DNA from: Mycobacterium leprae TN
GTDB taxonomy: Bacteria; Actinomycetota; Actinomycetes; Mycobacteriales; Mycobacteriaceae
Length of the DNA stretch: 32,000 bases
Direction of reading: 5' to 3'
NCBI RefSeq assembly: GCF_000195855.1
Contig: NC_002677.1
Location: 1,440,001-1,472,000, forward strand
This document shows positions 10,540 to 22,157 of the stretch, one piece after another. The translations under genes were made by a program, and so were the position numbers. How positions within the stretch are numbered: position 1 is the stretch's first letter; the number at the start of each line of letters is the position of its first letter. A model generated the notes under the pieces. The model was not told the origin of the DNA and did not search any database. It saw only the letters and a program-made list of their open reading frames with translations.

Positions 10540-10760
10540 CGACAATGTCGGCCACCGGCCGTTTGGTAATCAGTAATCGACGCAGCAACTGTTTGGTGCC
10601 GATCCCGGCGCTGTCCACTTACCGCGGCGGCCAACTGTTGCTTGCCCTGCGGGAAGTGGTGATACAGCGAACCGGGTTTAACACCAGACGTTCTAGAATC
10701 TGGCTAACCGAGTTCGGAGCGTAATCCTTAGAGGCGAAACAATACTGCGGTCGTCTCAAG
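10540..10760 (-). pseudogene. TetR-family regulator fragment
   Basis: Minus strand encodes DYAPNSVSQILER | TSGVKPGSLYHHFPQGKQQLAAAV across a frameshift, a typical TetR helix-turn-helix N-terminus. No ORF in the track covers it. Confidence 0.75.
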
Positions 10761-12049
10761 CAGCCGTGCGCAGCTATGATCAAATCTCATTGTACCACAA
10801 AAATACTGAAAAAATGTTTTTGAATGATCGCTCAAAAATTTTTGCAAGGAGGCAGTTGGTGTTTACAGAGGCTGGGTGATACGCATGGCGCGAGGTGTCC
10901 GACCCCGAAATCACAATGTCCGGGGCAGGCGCTGCTTTGGCCGCTGCCGGCGGTACTGACGCAATATGCCCCTGGTGCCAGACGCCGCGCCCGGCCAGTA
11001 ACCAGTAACTTGTCCGTTTAGACTTCAAGGTGTCGTCGTGATGGTCATTTGGTGGTTATTTTTTGCTGGTTTGGGTTTGGGTGGTGGTGTTGTGGTGGGC
11101 TGGTGGGGTGTGGGTGGTTGATCTGCGCTAGAAGGTTGCCGTATGTGCCGCCGACGGCCGGATCATCGATGCACTGTTCACTAACACGATACTGCTGCAC
11201 CCGGCGGCATGCCTGCTTGCTGGCTGAGGGCCGGTCAACAAGCCGCCGACACCGATACCAGCGGCAGAAATGGTGCAAGGGATAACATCAGGTGCGAATA
11301 GTTATACCGTGCACGGGGACGTGCCTGTTCAGGTGCGGCCACATTGACCACGCCGACACCTCAAGGCCATGACATGCACACTAAAACGCCCCTACCCCGC
11401 GGCGCTAACAACTATCCTCACACTCACGCCTGCATCGATATCGCCTTCAGCACAGCCCAGGTGCCCAGCCCCTGGCATCATCAACATGTAGACCAAGCAG
11501 CATCCACCACCGACATGCTTACGTGCGCCGCGCTAATCGTGTCCACTGCGGCAAAGCACACGAAGCCTCATCGAAAGCAGGCAGTCAGCCACCCACCAAC
11601 AAAAACCCCGCAACACAGCAAAACACGACAGCAACCTGCAGTTCAAGGGAAGCAGCGGTGGGGTAGTGGTGGGAAACCAGTACGAGGCTTCGTATGTGCG
11701 TTCACCCGGAATCGGCGTGTTTAGTGGATTCTCCACTACCTGGTTACAGGATGACCAGACATCATCTGACTTACTGGGAACCCGGGGGCGATTACTTTTC
11801 CATGGGTGGTCCTGTGTAAGAACCCCGTGGGGATTTTCCCGGTGACCAAGTTCACTGGAAGCCTGTGGCTGTTATGTTGTGGTATTCGCGGTGCTGGTCG
11901 TTTGTGTTGATGCGACTCAACCCAGAATATCGAACCTAGGCCGTTATTATCGAGAAGTTTCGTACTGACTGCCCCGAGTTGGTGAAGTATGATTATACTT
12001 TAGTTGTTTGTTCTCGTGAACTCGGTTGACCTTGGGTGATCGAAGTTCT

Positions 12050-12393
12050 GTGGTACGGTAAAAGATGCGAGTCGACGATCTCATCGCGGTGCATTTCATG
12101 GTCGACGTGACCTACGCCGAGAAGTTGCGAAAGCGTTGGGATCACTACGAATTCGACATTCAGCTACGAGTGGTGGAGTGTCCAGGCCGGTGAGTCGATG
12201 GGGCCGCGCAGATGTTGGTCGTCAAGACGTGCGACGAACATCCCGATACCAACGTGACGGTGTTGTTGTTCCGTAAGATCGCTCGGCCGTCAACCTAATC
12301 TCGGATGCTAAAGCGGCGATAGTGCTTTATGACGTGCAATCTCGGATTCAGGAGGCTTACCCTGAACGGTTTGAGGAACAGGTCGTATGCTAA
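12050..12393 (+). pseudogene. C-terminal fragment resembling an APC-type amino-acid permease tail
   Basis: Conceptual reading: VDDLIAVHFMVDVTYAEKLRKRWDHYEFDIQLRVVECPGR...EHPDTNVTVLLFRKIARP...AAIVLYDVQSRIQEAYPERFEEQVVC* over at least two frames. Confidence 0.4.
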
Positions 12394-12572
12394 CTCAACA
12401 AGGTTGACTTACGGGTGTCGTAAGGCAAGGGGTTAGGATGTCGACGCCTATGAGCACCCAGCAAACCCGGAGCGCCCGTTGTCGATAGACAATATGGCTG
12501 GCCTGGTGCCCGGACAATGCGCCACCTTGGAAAGACTGGTAAAGTTCAGCCGAGGACATTTAGTCAACATGG

Positions 12573-12590
12573 ACACACACACACACACAC
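12573..12590. repeat. (AC)9 dinucleotide microsatellite
   Basis: GG(AC)9TTC read directly. Confidence 0.95.
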
Positions 12591-12899
12591 TTCAGTGGAT
12601 CGTCAGATCGTCTTAGGCGACAGCGCCGGCGAGATCAGTGTGATGTTTCATCCCAGGCGTGGGGGTGCCGACATCCAGTCCGATCCGCTATCGCGGGTCA
12701 CCAGCAAAGCCCGCTAGAGCGGTGACCGTCTCATGTCGATGATCGACTTGGCGTATCTTCCGTGATTGATGAACCCACAGAGACTGACCCAGCTAGCCGT
12801 CATCAGTCAGCCCGTCAGATTCAGTAACGACAGACTTGGGGGGAAGCCAAGGAATACGGTGAAAGCAACTGGCAGCAGTGTTGGTGTTCAACGCTGGGG

Positions 12900-14046
12900 T
12901 TCGTGTGCACCGCCAATGGTTGTCGGCCTTTGACGCGGCATGGTTACGGCTCGACGTACGTGTTCGGTTACAGTTTGCTCAGCTCGAAGCTTACCGCTCA
13001 GGTCTTCGGCGTCCAGCCAACGGGGATACACCGATTTAGCTGGCTCGGTACTGTCGTGGCTGGGGTTATGGAGTCTGCACCGCATCGGACACAGGGCCAA
13101 CAAGCTGTAGACTGCGGTATTGGGTGGCTAGGATTCGACCCCGACTGTAGCACTGAACTGGGCGACTTGTGGAAGCGGCCCGCGCTTCGGTTGGTGCCAT
13201 CCCGAAGAAACCCGGCGTTGCGCGTATATTGAGGATCTATTGCGGTTATGCGTATGACGCCGATGTCAGTTACTGGCAGTGTGGCTCCGGGAACCAGCTC
13301 GACATTTGGCGACGTCCCGACTTGGACCGCGACGGACAGGTTCCAGTGTTGCTGTAAGTTCCCGGGAGGCTCGGATGGTCGGAAACAAACGTGGACAGGT
13401 ACACCCGCTGATGGGCCTTTTGACCTAGCTGGATTGGGTCTACGTGGTGATCAACTATCGGCTCAACCCGCGTGCCACCTGGCCTGATTCAAGTACGCGA
13501 TTGCGTGAATAAAGGAGCACATCGCCGAGTAGGGCAGTAACCCGGACTGGATTTCGATCACCGGTGGCTCGGCCGATGGGTATCTTTTTACTTTTCTTGT
13601 TGTCACGAGAATCCCCAACGATCCACAGTTTCCGCCGGGCTTCGAGAAGGCTGACATCCGGGTGCAAGCGGTTGTTCCGTTCTACGGTGTTTATGACTTC
13701 ACTGGTCTCTGATCAACTCGATGCATACGATTATGCTGCCGATAGCGCAGAAGTACGTGTTTACACTGAAGTGCAGTGACCACCTGCGCGATTTTCGTGT
13801 CGCGTCGCCAATCACGCACATCGATCAAGACGCACCCGGGTTTTATGCTATGTAGCCGTAACAACTCGTTGGTCCGGGTTGAATAGGCGCACAACTTCAC
13901 AAAGCGACTGCGCGAGGTTAGTTGCCAGCCCGTGTTCTAAGTCGAATTACTTTGCAAGCAAAGCGCTTTCGACATTCCTCGCGTATGCCTGGGCGGTACA
14001 CGCCGCGGTGGCCGTCGAGCAGTTCCTTGCTGAGATATATGCCTAG
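12900..14046 (+). pseudogene. LipM-like alpha/beta hydrolase (esterase/lipase), shredded by frameshifts and stops
   Basis: Reconstructed across frames: ADVSYWQCGSGNQLDIWRRPDLDRDGQVPVLL..., VGNKRGQVHPLMGLLT, GWVYVVINYRLNPRATWPD, NPDWISITGGSAD, NDPQFPPGFEKADIRVQAVVPFYGVYDFTGL, VASPITHIDQDAPGFYAM, AHNFTKRLREV, AWAVHAAVAVEQFLAEIYA*. The N-terminal boundary is uncertain. Confidence 0.85.
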
Positions 14047-14200
14047 CGTCAGGTCGACGTGTAGCCGGGTTCGGTCGCCGTTGGAAACTCTTCCGCTGTG
14101 GGATCTGCCACGTCAATATCGGACTTGTCACTATTTGCCGGTAAACTACCACCCGCGACATCTGGCGATCCTGAGCCCGAACGATCCTTAGCCTGAATGC

Positions 14201-14220
14201 GCCGTACATAGTGGTACGGC
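14201..14220. promoter_or_regulatory. Inverted repeat GCCGTAC-N6-GTACGGC upstream of pks
   Basis: Perfect 7-bp arms, about 80 bp upstream of the PKS start. Confidence 0.35.
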
Positions 14221-14298
14221 AGTTATGTCGGAGTTTTCCTGCGCTTACGTGGCGAGACTGCTGAGCGCCATTGAGCTATCTATAGAGGGGACTGCACA

Positions 14299-17200
14299 TT
14301 GCGAGCCGCAAACGTTACGCCGGTGGCTGTCATTGGTATGGCTTGTCGGCTTCCCGGCGGGATCGATTCTCCGCAGCGCCTTTGGGAGGCGTTGTTGCGT
14401 GGCGACGACCTGGTGACCGAGATTCCCAAGGAGCGCTGGGACGCGGATTTGTATTACGATCCTGAACCAGGGGTGCCTGGCCGGTCGGTATCACGATGGG
14501 GCGCCTTCCTGGATGATGTTGGCGGCTTTGACTGCGATTTCTTTGGTATGACTGAGCGTGAGGCCATCGCGATCGACCCGCAACATCGCCTGTTGCTGGA
14601 AACGTCGTGGGATGCCATCGAGCATGCGGGTCTTGACCCAGCGACACTCGCGGGGTCTGCGACCGGCGTCTTTGTGGGACTGACGCATGGGGACTATGAA
14701 CTGTTGTCCGCCGATTGTGGTGCCACGGAGGGACCGTACGGTTTCACCGGCACCAGTAACAGCTTCGCGTCCGGGCGAGTGGCTTACACACTTGGGTTGC
14801 ACGGTCCGGCGGTCACGGTGGACACGGCGTGCTCGTCGGGCTTGATGGCTGTGCACCAGGCCCGCGGCAGTTTGGATTGCGGCGAAAGCGATCTGGCCCT
14901 TGCCGGTGGCGTCGTCGTGACGCTGGAGCCACGGAAGTCGGTTTCGGGTTCGCTGCAGGGAATGTTGTCGCCCACCGGTCGTTGCCATGCCTTCGATGTC
15001 GCAGCCGACGGATTCGTGTCTGGCGAGGGCTGTGTGGTGCTGTTACTCAAGCGGATGCCCGACGCTGAGCGTGACGGTGACCGAATCCTGGCGGTGCTAC
15101 GCGGCACCGCGGCTAATCAGGATGGCCACACTGTGCACATAGCAGCACCATCGGAGCAGGCACAAATCGCAGTATATCACAAGGCGTTGGCCGTGGGCGG
15201 CGTTGACCCCACCACGGTCGGCCTGATCGAAGCGCACGGTACCGGCACCCCGGTCGGAGATCCGATCGAATATGCGAGCCTGGCGGCGGTTTACGGAACT
15301 GCGGGACGTTGTGCGCTGGCATCGACTAAGACAAACTTTGGCCACATGCAGTCGACATCAGGACCTCTGGGGATGATGAAGGCAATCCTGGCGCTACAGC
15401 ATGGCGTGGTTCCGAAAAACCTGCACTTCACTCGGCTGCCTGATCAACTGGCTGAGATTACCACCGAACTTTTTGTGCCGCAGGTTAATACGCCCTGGCC
15501 CGTCGATGTCCAGCAGCCACGGCGTGCCGCGGTGTCGTCGTATGGCATGTCTGGCACCAACGTGCACGCGATCCTCGAGCAAGCACCAGAGAATTCAGGT
15601 AAGGACTCCCCGGCAGTATCTAAAGTCAATGGCCCGCTGTTGTTTCCGCTGTCGGCCACGTCGGTTGAGCAATTGCGTGCGACGGCTGCCCGAATGGCGG
15701 ATTGGGTCGACGAACACGGCAGCGGGACTAAACACACTGGGCTGTGGGATTTGGGCTATACGCTGTCGCGCCGCCGTGGATACCGTCCAGTGCGGACGAT
15801 GGTCCTGGCGAGCAGCTTTGCTGAACTCAGCCGGGGACTGCGTGAAATCGCCGGCAGCGAGATTCCGTATCAGTCCGCTGTGGGGCAAGATGACCGCGGA
15901 CCGGTGTGGGTGTTCTCCGGGCAGGGGTCACAGTGGGCCGGTATGGGCGCTGAGTTGTTCGCGAAGGAGCCGGTGTTCGCCGCGGCCATCGCGGCGATGG
16001 AACCGGTGATTGTCGAGGAATCAGGGTTTTCGGTCACCGAGGCGCTGACGGTGGCTGAGAAGGTAACCGGTATTGACCGGGTCCAGCCGACGATCTTCGC
16101 AATCCAGGTGGCGTTGGCTGCCACGATGAAGTCCTACGGAGTGTATCCGGGGGCAGTCATCGGACATTCGCTCGGTGAGGCTGCGGCAGCCGTCGCCGCG
16201 GGCGCACTGTCTTGCGAAGACGGTTTGCGCGTCATTTGCCGTCGCTCGCAACTGATGTCGCGTGTTGCGGGCAGCGGCGCTATGGCGTCAGTGGAGCTAC
16301 CTGGCCAACAAGTGCTTTCCGAACTCTCTATTCGCGGGCTGTCGGATGTTGTGCTGGCCGTCGTAGCCTCACCAACATCGACCGTCGTCGGTGGTGACAC
16401 CCAGGCGATTCGGCATCTGTTGGCCGCATGGCAGGCACAGGACGTGATGGTGCGTGAGGTAGCTGTCGACGTCGCTTCACATACGCCGCAGGTCGAACCG
16501 ATTCTTGACGACTTGGTCGAAACCCTTGCCGATCTCAAACCAACTGAGCCGAAAGTTCCGTATTATTCCGCGACCCTGTGGGACCCTCGTGAGCGGCCGT
16601 CGTTCACCGGTGAATACTGGGCGGAAAACCTACGCTACACGGTGCGATTCGCGGCGGCCGTGCAGGCGGCACTCAAGGATGGCTTTCGAGTCTTCGGGGA
16701 GCTGGCGCCACACCCCCTGTTGACCTATGCGATCGAGCAAAACGCTGCCAGTCTCGACATGCCGGTCAGCGCGTTGGCCGCCATGCGGCGTGAGCAGGAA
16801 CTGCCGTTCGGATTACGTGGTTTCATCGCCGATGTGCATAGCGCCGGCGCCTTGGTCGATTTCTCCGTCCAGTACCCCAATGGGTGCCTGGTGGATGCAC
16901 CATTACCTACCTGGACCCGTCGGGAGCTGATGCTGAGTCGCGAGTCGGTGGACCATCCTGCGCACGGCGCCGCGGTCCAGGCTGTTCATCCACTACTCGG
17001 GGCACATGTGCATCTGTTCGAGGAACCGGAGCGCCATGTATGGCAAGGCCGGGTCGGCACCGAGGCACATCCATGGCTCGGCGACCACCAGATCCACGAC
17101 GTAGCCGCGTTTCCCGGTGCTGCTTACTGTGAGATGGCCTTAACCGCCGCGCGCGTGACTCTTGGCGAAGCATCAGAGGTCCGCGACATTAAGTTCGAGC

Positions 17201-20200
17201 AGACGCTGCTTTTGGATCGTGAAACGATGGCATCGTCGGCGGCAACGGTTTCGGCTCCTGGCGTCCTCGAGTTCGCGGTGGAAACTTATGAGGAAGGCGA
17301 ACGTGTTCGGCGGGCAAGTGCGGTCTTACGGGCCCTGGAGGACCGAGTCAATCAGCAGCCGGCCTCACACAGCATCGACGCGCTAATCGCCAGCCATCCG
17401 CTGCGCACGGAAGGCGCCGATTTGCGGGCAACCTTCGACGCCATCGGCATCCAGTACGGCCTGGCCTTCTCGGGCCTCACTGCAGTATACACTGCCGCTG
17501 GGACCAATGAGGATGTCTCTACGGTGCTTGCTGAGGTCGCGCTGCCTGGGGCCATTCGCTCGCAGCAAGCATCATACACAAGTCACCCTGCATTGCTCGA
17601 TGCGTGCTTCCAGTCGGTCATCGTTGCACCCGAGGTGCAAAAGGCGGGCGCCGGCGGTCTGCTGCTGCCCGTATATGTGCGCAGACTGCTTAACTACCAC
17701 TCGATGCGCAACGCGCAATACTGCCTCACCCGGGTCAAGACATCGCGAGCTGGTGAGTGCGAAGTTGACTTGGAAGTTCTGGACCAGTCTGGAGCGGTGT
17801 TGTTGCTGGTCGAGGGGCTGCGTCTGGCTGGGGGCGCCTCGGAGCACGAATGTGCCAATCGAGTGCTCGACGAGCGGCTGTTTACCGTTGAGTGGGAACC
17901 GCGCGAACTGCCTGAGGTGACGCAGCGTGAGCGTGGATCCTGGTTAGTGCTCGGCGCGTCCGCCGAGGATCCGTTGGTTCAGCAACTCGGCGATGCACTA
18001 AACGCCGATGGCGGGCATTGCACCGCGGTGTCGTTGCCGCTCGGACAAATCGATACCGCGCAGCTGTGTTCGCTGCTGTCTAGAGACGGCGTGAGTTCCT
18101 CCATTGGTCACGGTGCCCTCAAGGGACTGACCGGCGTCGTCGTAGTGACCGCCCCACCCGCCACTGTGGCAGAATCGCCAGCATTGCGGCGCGGCAGGGA
18201 CTATGTATCTCACCTTATCACTATCGTCCGCGAGATCTCCGAACTCCCCGGTGAGCGGCCTCGCCTCTTTGTAGTGACTAGAAATGCCGCAAGCATCAAG
18301 ACGGGTGACCTGGCCAACCTGGAGCAGGTCGGGCTGCGCGGGCTGATACGGGTGATTGACTCCGAACACCCGTACTTGAGTGTCACTCAGATCGACGTTG
18401 AAGAAACCAACCAAGCGACGATCGCCACACAAGTGGCTCGGCAACTGCGCAGCGGCTCGGATGAGGACGAGACCGGCTGGCGGGACGGCGAGTGGTATAC
18501 AGCCCGACTGCGCCCCGGTCCGTTGCGCCAGGCCGAACGGCGAACCGTTGTCGTGCAGAACGAACACGATGGCATGCGTCTAGAGATCCGTACTCCGGGT
18601 GACCTGGATTCGTTGGAATTCGTTGCTTTCGATCGGGTACCGCCGGGACCGGGGGAGATCGAGGTCGCGGTCACCGCATCCACCGTTAACTTCGCCGACG
18701 TTCTGGTCGCGTTCGGTCGGTATCCCACTTTCGAGGGTTACTGCCAACTGTTGGGTATCGACTTCGCTGGAGTGGTGTCGGCAGTCGGGTTAAATGTCAC
18801 CGATCACAAGGTCGGTGACCGGGTCGGCGGTGTGTCCCGCAACGGTTGCTGGACCACATTTGTGATTTGCGACGCCCGCCACGCGGTCACGCTCTCGCCC
18901 GAGGTGCCGCTGGAAGAGGCCGCGGCTGTTCCTACCGTCGCTGCGACCGCTTGGTACGGTCTGCACGATCTGGCCCGGATCTCACAGACCGATAAAGTGC
19001 TGATTCATTCGGGGACCGGTGGTGTCGGACAGGCGGCGATCGCGATCGCACGTGCCGCGGGGTGTGAGATCTTCGCGACGGCGGGTAGTCCGCAGCGGCG
19101 ACAACTGCTGCGCGACAAGGGTATTGAGCATGTCTACGACTCGCGCAGCCTCGAGTTCGCCGAACAGATCCATCGTGACACCAAGGGGTACGGTGTTGAC
19201 GTCGTGCTCAACTCACTGCCCGGCGCTGCGCAACGCGCCGGAATCGAATTGTTGGCTTTCGGTGGGCGGTTTGTCGAGATCGGCAAACGCGACATCTACG
19301 GCGACACCCGACTTGGCTTGTTCCCATTCCGCCGCAACCTTTCGCTGTACGCGGTCGACTTGGCGTTGTTGACTTATACTCACCCAGACACCGTTCGGCG
19401 CTTGCTGACCACCGTGTACCAACGCACCGCCGAGGGTGTGCTGCCTGTGCCGCAGACCACGCACTATCCAATTCATAACACGGCTAATGCCGTCCGCCTA
19501 GTCGCTGGTGCCGGGCACACCGGCAAGGTGTTGCTGGATGTGCCGCATACCGGATCCAGTGTGGCTGTGGTTCCCCCGGAGCAGGTTCGTACGTTTCGCG
19601 CTGACGGTGCCTATATCGTTACTGGCGGGCTGACCGGCTTAGGGCTGTTCCTCGGCACCGAGATGGCTGCAGCGGGCTGCGGACGGATCGTACTCAACTC
19701 TCGCTCGGCGCCTAATCCCCAAGCGCAAGAGACTATCGAACGGTTGCGTGCCGGGGGCGCCGATATCCAAGTGGAGTGTGGTGATATCGCTGAGCCTAGG
19801 GTCGCTGACCGCCTGGTGGTGGCGGCGACTCAATCGGGGCTTCCGGTTCGTGGCGTGCTACACGCAGCGGGGGTGGTCGAGGACGCTACGTTGACCAACG
19901 TCACCGATGACCTCATCGACCGTTGTTGGGCGCCTAAGGTCTACGGCGCGTGGAACCTACACCAGGCCCTGCAAGAAGGAAAAACCGCGCAGCTGCTGGA
20001 TTGGTTCTGTTCGTTCTCAACGGCCGCCGCGCTGGTCGGTTCGCCGGGTCAGGGCGCATATGCGGCGGCCAACAGTTGGTTGGATGGTTTCTCGTATTGG
20101 CGCCGGGCACAGGGCCTTGCCAGCACCACGATCGCTTGGGGGGCTTGGGGTGAGCTTGGTCTTGCCACCGCTTTGGCAGAAATGGCCGGTGTAGCGATCG

Positions 20201-20655
20201 CACCCACTGAGGGTGCTCGGGTATTTCAGACGCTGCTGCGCTATAATCGTCCTTATTCCTGCTATGCGCCGATCATGGAAACGCCGTGGTTGAAGTCCTT
20301 TGCGCAACACAGTCGCTTCGCCGAGGCGTTCCGATCCATTTCCCAAGGCCAAAAAGACAAAAGCAAGTTCCTGGCTGAATTGAAAGTGTTGCCTCGAGAC
20401 GAATGGCCTAGCATGATTCGACGGCTGGTATCCGAGCAGATCAGCTTGTTACTGCGGCGCACTATTGATCCCGATCGACTGCTATCTGACTATGGTTTGG
20501 ATTCGCTCGGGAATTTGGAATTACGAACCCGCATCGAGACAGAGACAGGGATACGCATAAGTCCCACTAAAATCACCACAATTCGAAGTCTAGCCGAGCA
20601 TTTGTGCGAAGAGCTGGCAGCTACGGAAGCTGAATCGGCAGTCACTGCCACTTGA
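14299..20655 (+). CDS. Type I mycocerosic-acid-synthase-like polyketide synthase (KS-AT-DH-ER-KR-ACP), Pks3/4-like
   Basis: 2118 aa. [11 protein letters not shown] (Cys178, codon 14830), AT GHSLGEA (Ser624) with VASH, DH HPWLGDH...[43 protein letters not shown] and [27 protein letters not shown] (Ser2069). Confidence 0.95.
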   Translation: MRAANVTPVAVIGMACRLPGGIDSPQRLWEALLRGDDLVTEIPKERWDADLYYDPEPGVPGRSVSRWGAFLDDVGGFDCDFFGMTEREAIAIDPQHRLLLETSWDAIEHAGLDPATLAGSATGVFVGLTHGDYELLSADCGATEGPYGFTGTSNSFASGRVAYTLGLHGPAVTVDTACSSGLMAVHQARGSLDCGESDLALAGGVVVTLEPRKSVSGSLQGMLSPTGRCHAFDVAADGFVSGEGCVVLLLKRMPDAERDGDRILAVLRGTAANQDGHTVHIAAPSEQAQIAVYHKALAVGGVDPTTVGLIEAHGTGTPVGDPIEYASLAAVYGTAGRCALASTKTNFGHMQSTSGPLGMMKAILALQHGVVPKNLHFTRLPDQLAEITTELFVPQVNTPWPVDVQQPRRAAVSSYGMSGTNVHAILEQAPENSGKDSPAVSKVNGPLLFPLSATSVEQLRATAARMADWVDEHGSGTKHTGLWDLGYTLSRRRGYRPVRTMVLASSFAELSRGLREIAGSEIPYQSAVGQDDRGPVWVFSGQGSQWAGMGAELFAKEPVFAAAIAAMEPVIVEESGFSVTEALTVAEKVTGIDRVQPTIFAIQVALAATMKSYGVYPGAVIGHSLGEAAAAVAAGALSCEDGLRVICRRSQLMSRVAGSGAMASVELPGQQVLSELSIRGLSDVVLAVVASPTSTVVGGDTQAIRHLLAAWQAQDVMVREVAVDVASHTPQVEPILDDLVETLADLKPTEPKVPYYSATLWDPRERPSFTGEYWAENLRYTVRFAAAVQAALKDGFRVFGELAPHPLLTYAIEQNAASLDMPVSALAAMRREQELPFGLRGFIADVHSAGALVDFSVQYPNGCLVDAPLPTWTRRELMLSRESVDHPAHGAAVQAVHPLLGAHVHLFEEPERHVWQGRVGTEAHPWLGDHQIHDVAAFPGAAYCEMALTAARVTLGEASEVRDIKFEQTLLLDRETMASSAATVSAPGVLEFAVETYEEGERVRRASAVLRALEDRVNQQPASHSIDALIASHPLRTEGADLRATFDAIGIQYGLAFSGLTAVYTAAGTNEDVSTVLAEVALPGAIRSQQASYTSHPALLDACFQSVIVAPEVQKAGAGGLLLPVYVRRLLNYHSMRNAQYCLTRVKTSRAGECEVDLEVLDQSGAVLLLVEGLRLAGGASEHECANRVLDERLFTVEWEPRELPEVTQRERGSWLVLGASAEDPLVQQLGDALNADGGHCTAVSLPLGQIDTAQLCSLLSRDGVSSSIGHGALKGLTGVVVVTAPPATVAESPALRRGRDYVSHLITIVREISELPGERPRLFVVTRNAASIKTGDLANLEQVGLRGLIRVIDSEHPYLSVTQIDVEETNQATIATQVARQLRSGSDEDETGWRDGEWYTARLRPGPLRQAERRTVVVQNEHDGMRLEIRTPGDLDSLEFVAFDRVPPGPGEIEVAVTASTVNFADVLVAFGRYPTFEGYCQLLGIDFAGVVSAVGLNVTDHKVGDRVGGVSRNGCWTTFVICDARHAVTLSPEVPLEEAAAVPTVAATAWYGLHDLARISQTDKVLIHSGTGGVGQAAIAIARAAGCEIFATAGSPQRRQLLRDKGIEHVYDSRSLEFAEQIHRDTKGYGVDVVLNSLPGAAQRAGIELLAFGGRFVEIGKRDIYGDTRLGLFPFRRNLSLYAVDLALLTYTHPDTVRRLLTTVYQRTAEGVLPVPQTTHYPIHNTANAVRLVAGAGHTGKVLLDVPHTGSSVAVVPPEQVRTFRADGAYIVTGGLTGLGLFLGTEMAAAGCGRIVLNSRSAPNPQAQETIERLRAGGADIQVECGDIAEPRVADRLVVAATQSGLPVRGVLHAAGVVEDATLTNVTDDLIDRCWAPKVYGAWNLHQALQEGKTAQLLDWFCSFSTAAALVGSPGQGAYAAANSWLDGFSYWRRAQGLASTTIAWGAWGELGLATALAEMAGVAIAPTEGARVFQTLLRYNRPYSCYAPIMETPWLKSFAQHSRFAEAFRSISQGQKDKSKFLAELKVLPRDEWPSMIRRLVSEQISLLLRRTIDPDRLLSDYGLDSLGNLELRTRIETETGIRISPTKITTIRSLAEHLCEELAATEAESAVTAT

Positions 20656-20735
20656 TGGCAGGCGGCCTATATCTTCGGGGGATTATAGACGCCCCAACGG
20701 GAGCATAGCGGGGAGTTCGAGTCAAGGAGAACACG

Positions 20736-22151
20736 TTGCAGGTAGGGCCGTTGACACTGGGGACACTGCTGGATTGGGCACCCCGAGCGGGGAAGACCAT
20801 CTCGTGGCAACCGACACCTGCTACCTGCGAGAAGGTGTCGCAGGCGCCGGTGAGTTCGGTACCGGTCGCCTACATGCAAGCACAGCACATCCGTGGTTAT
20901 GTCGAGCAGAAAGCAAAGGGGCTCGACTACTCACGGCTGATGATTGTCAGCTGTGACCAGCTCGGCCAATGTGATATCCGTGCGATCAACTACATCGTCA
21001 ACGCGCACCTGCGCCGCCATGATACCTACCGTAGCTGGTTTGAGTATACCGACGAAGGCGAAATCATCCGGCACACGTTATGCGATCCCGCAGACATCGA
21101 ATTCGTGCCCATCGAACATGGCCAGCTGTCGCTGGCACAAATACGTGAACTTGCGGTGAGTACACCAGATCCGCTGGAGTGGGGCTGCTTCCAGTTCGGT
21201 GTGATCCAAGCTGAGGAGCATTTCACGTTCTATGCCAGTATCGACCACGTCCATGTGGACGCGATGATCGTTGGCGTGACGCTCATGGAATTCCATATGA
21301 TGTACAGCGCACTCGTCAGTGGTGCTGGTCCCCTCGAGCTGCCGGAGGCGGGTAGCTACGATGACTTCTGCCGCCGCCAGCACCGATTCACCTCTATGCT
21401 CACTGCGGAGTCTCCACAGATTCGCTCGTGGACCCAATTCGCTGAGCCGAACGAAGGCAGTTTTCCCGATTTCCCGCTGCCACTCGGTGATCCATTGGAG
21501 CCCACTCAGGCCGACATTGTCACCATAACCATGCTCGATGAGCAGCAGACGGATCGATTCGAAGCGGCATGTACAGTTGCTGGTGCTCGTTTTGTCGGTG
21601 GCGTGCTGGCTTGCTGCGGCCTGGCCGAGTACGAATTGACCGGTGCTGACACCTATTATGGGCTCACACCGCGCGACACCCGTCGCATTCCGACTGATGT
21701 CTTGACTCAAGGCTGGTTCACCGGACTGGTGCCGATCACGGTCCCTATTGCTGGCTCATCGTTCGGCGATGCCGCGCGCGCCGCGCAGAATTGCTTCGAC
21801 ACCGACGTGCACTTAGCTGAAGTTCCCTACGACCGGGTGGTGGAATTGGCACCGACAGTGCATAAGCCGCGGCCGAACTTCCCAGTGATCAACTTTCTTG
21901 ATGCGGGAACCGCGCCGCTTTCGGTATTGCTTACCGCGGGATTGGACGGCCTCAATATCGGCGTCTATAGCGATGGTCGTTACTCGTATCAGATGTCGAT
22001 CTACGTGATCCGGGTTGAGCAGGAGACTGCGGTGGCGGTGATGTTTCCGGATAATCCGGAAGCCCAGGAGTCGGTCGCCCGCTATCTGGAGACGTTGAAG
22101 TCCGTGTTCGAGTGCGTCGCCGAAAGTGGGCACTGGCGTAATGTCGCATGA
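20736..22151 (+). CDS. papA3: Polyketide-associated acyltransferase, PapA3-like
   Basis: 471 aa. HxxxD motif in SIDHVHVDAM; SYDDFCRRQH; PNFPVINFLDAG. TTG start with AAGGAG upstream, directly after the PKS. Confidence 0.88.
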   Translation: MQVGPLTLGTLLDWAPRAGKTISWQPTPATCEKVSQAPVSSVPVAYMQAQHIRGYVEQKAKGLDYSRLMIVSCDQLGQCDIRAINYIVNAHLRRHDTYRSWFEYTDEGEIIRHTLCDPADIEFVPIEHGQLSLAQIRELAVSTPDPLEWGCFQFGVIQAEEHFTFYASIDHVHVDAMIVGVTLMEFHMMYSALVSGAGPLELPEAGSYDDFCRRQHRFTSMLTAESPQIRSWTQFAEPNEGSFPDFPLPLGDPLEPTQADIVTITMLDEQQTDRFEAACTVAGARFVGGVLACCGLAEYELTGADTYYGLTPRDTRRIPTDVLTQGWFTGLVPITVPIAGSSFGDAARAAQNCFDTDVHLAEVPYDRVVELAPTVHKPRPNFPVINFLDAGTAPLSVLLTAGLDGLNIGVYSDGRYSYQMSIYVIRVEQETAVAVMFPDNPEAQESVARYLETLKSVFECVAESGHWRNVA

Positions 22152-22157
22152 TATCTG

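Noticed and set aside
11040-11130. G/T-rich low-complexity tract considered as a minisatellite or RNA element
   Set aside because: No consistent repeat unit could be defined by eye.
11344-11724. 126-aa plus-strand ORF in the nadC-PKS gap
   Set aside because: His/Thr/Pro-rich low-complexity composition, no ribosome-binding site or family motif, inside a relic region.
12573-12590. AC repeat as part of a coding HTHTHT segment in ORF 12517..12717
   Set aside because: No homology or start signal; better explained as a microsatellite in non-coding DNA.
15401-16009. 202-aa plus-strand ORF overlapping the PKS in another frame
   Set aside because: Out-of-frame reading of conserved KS/AT sequence.
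17998-18567. 189-aa minus-strand ORF and other long ORFs opposite the PKS
   Set aside because: Overlap the PKS coding sequence completely and are low-complexity or Arg/Ser rich.
21078-21710. 210-aa minus-strand ORF opposite the papA3-like gene
   Set aside because: Antisense artefact of a conserved acyltransferase gene; no plausible motif.
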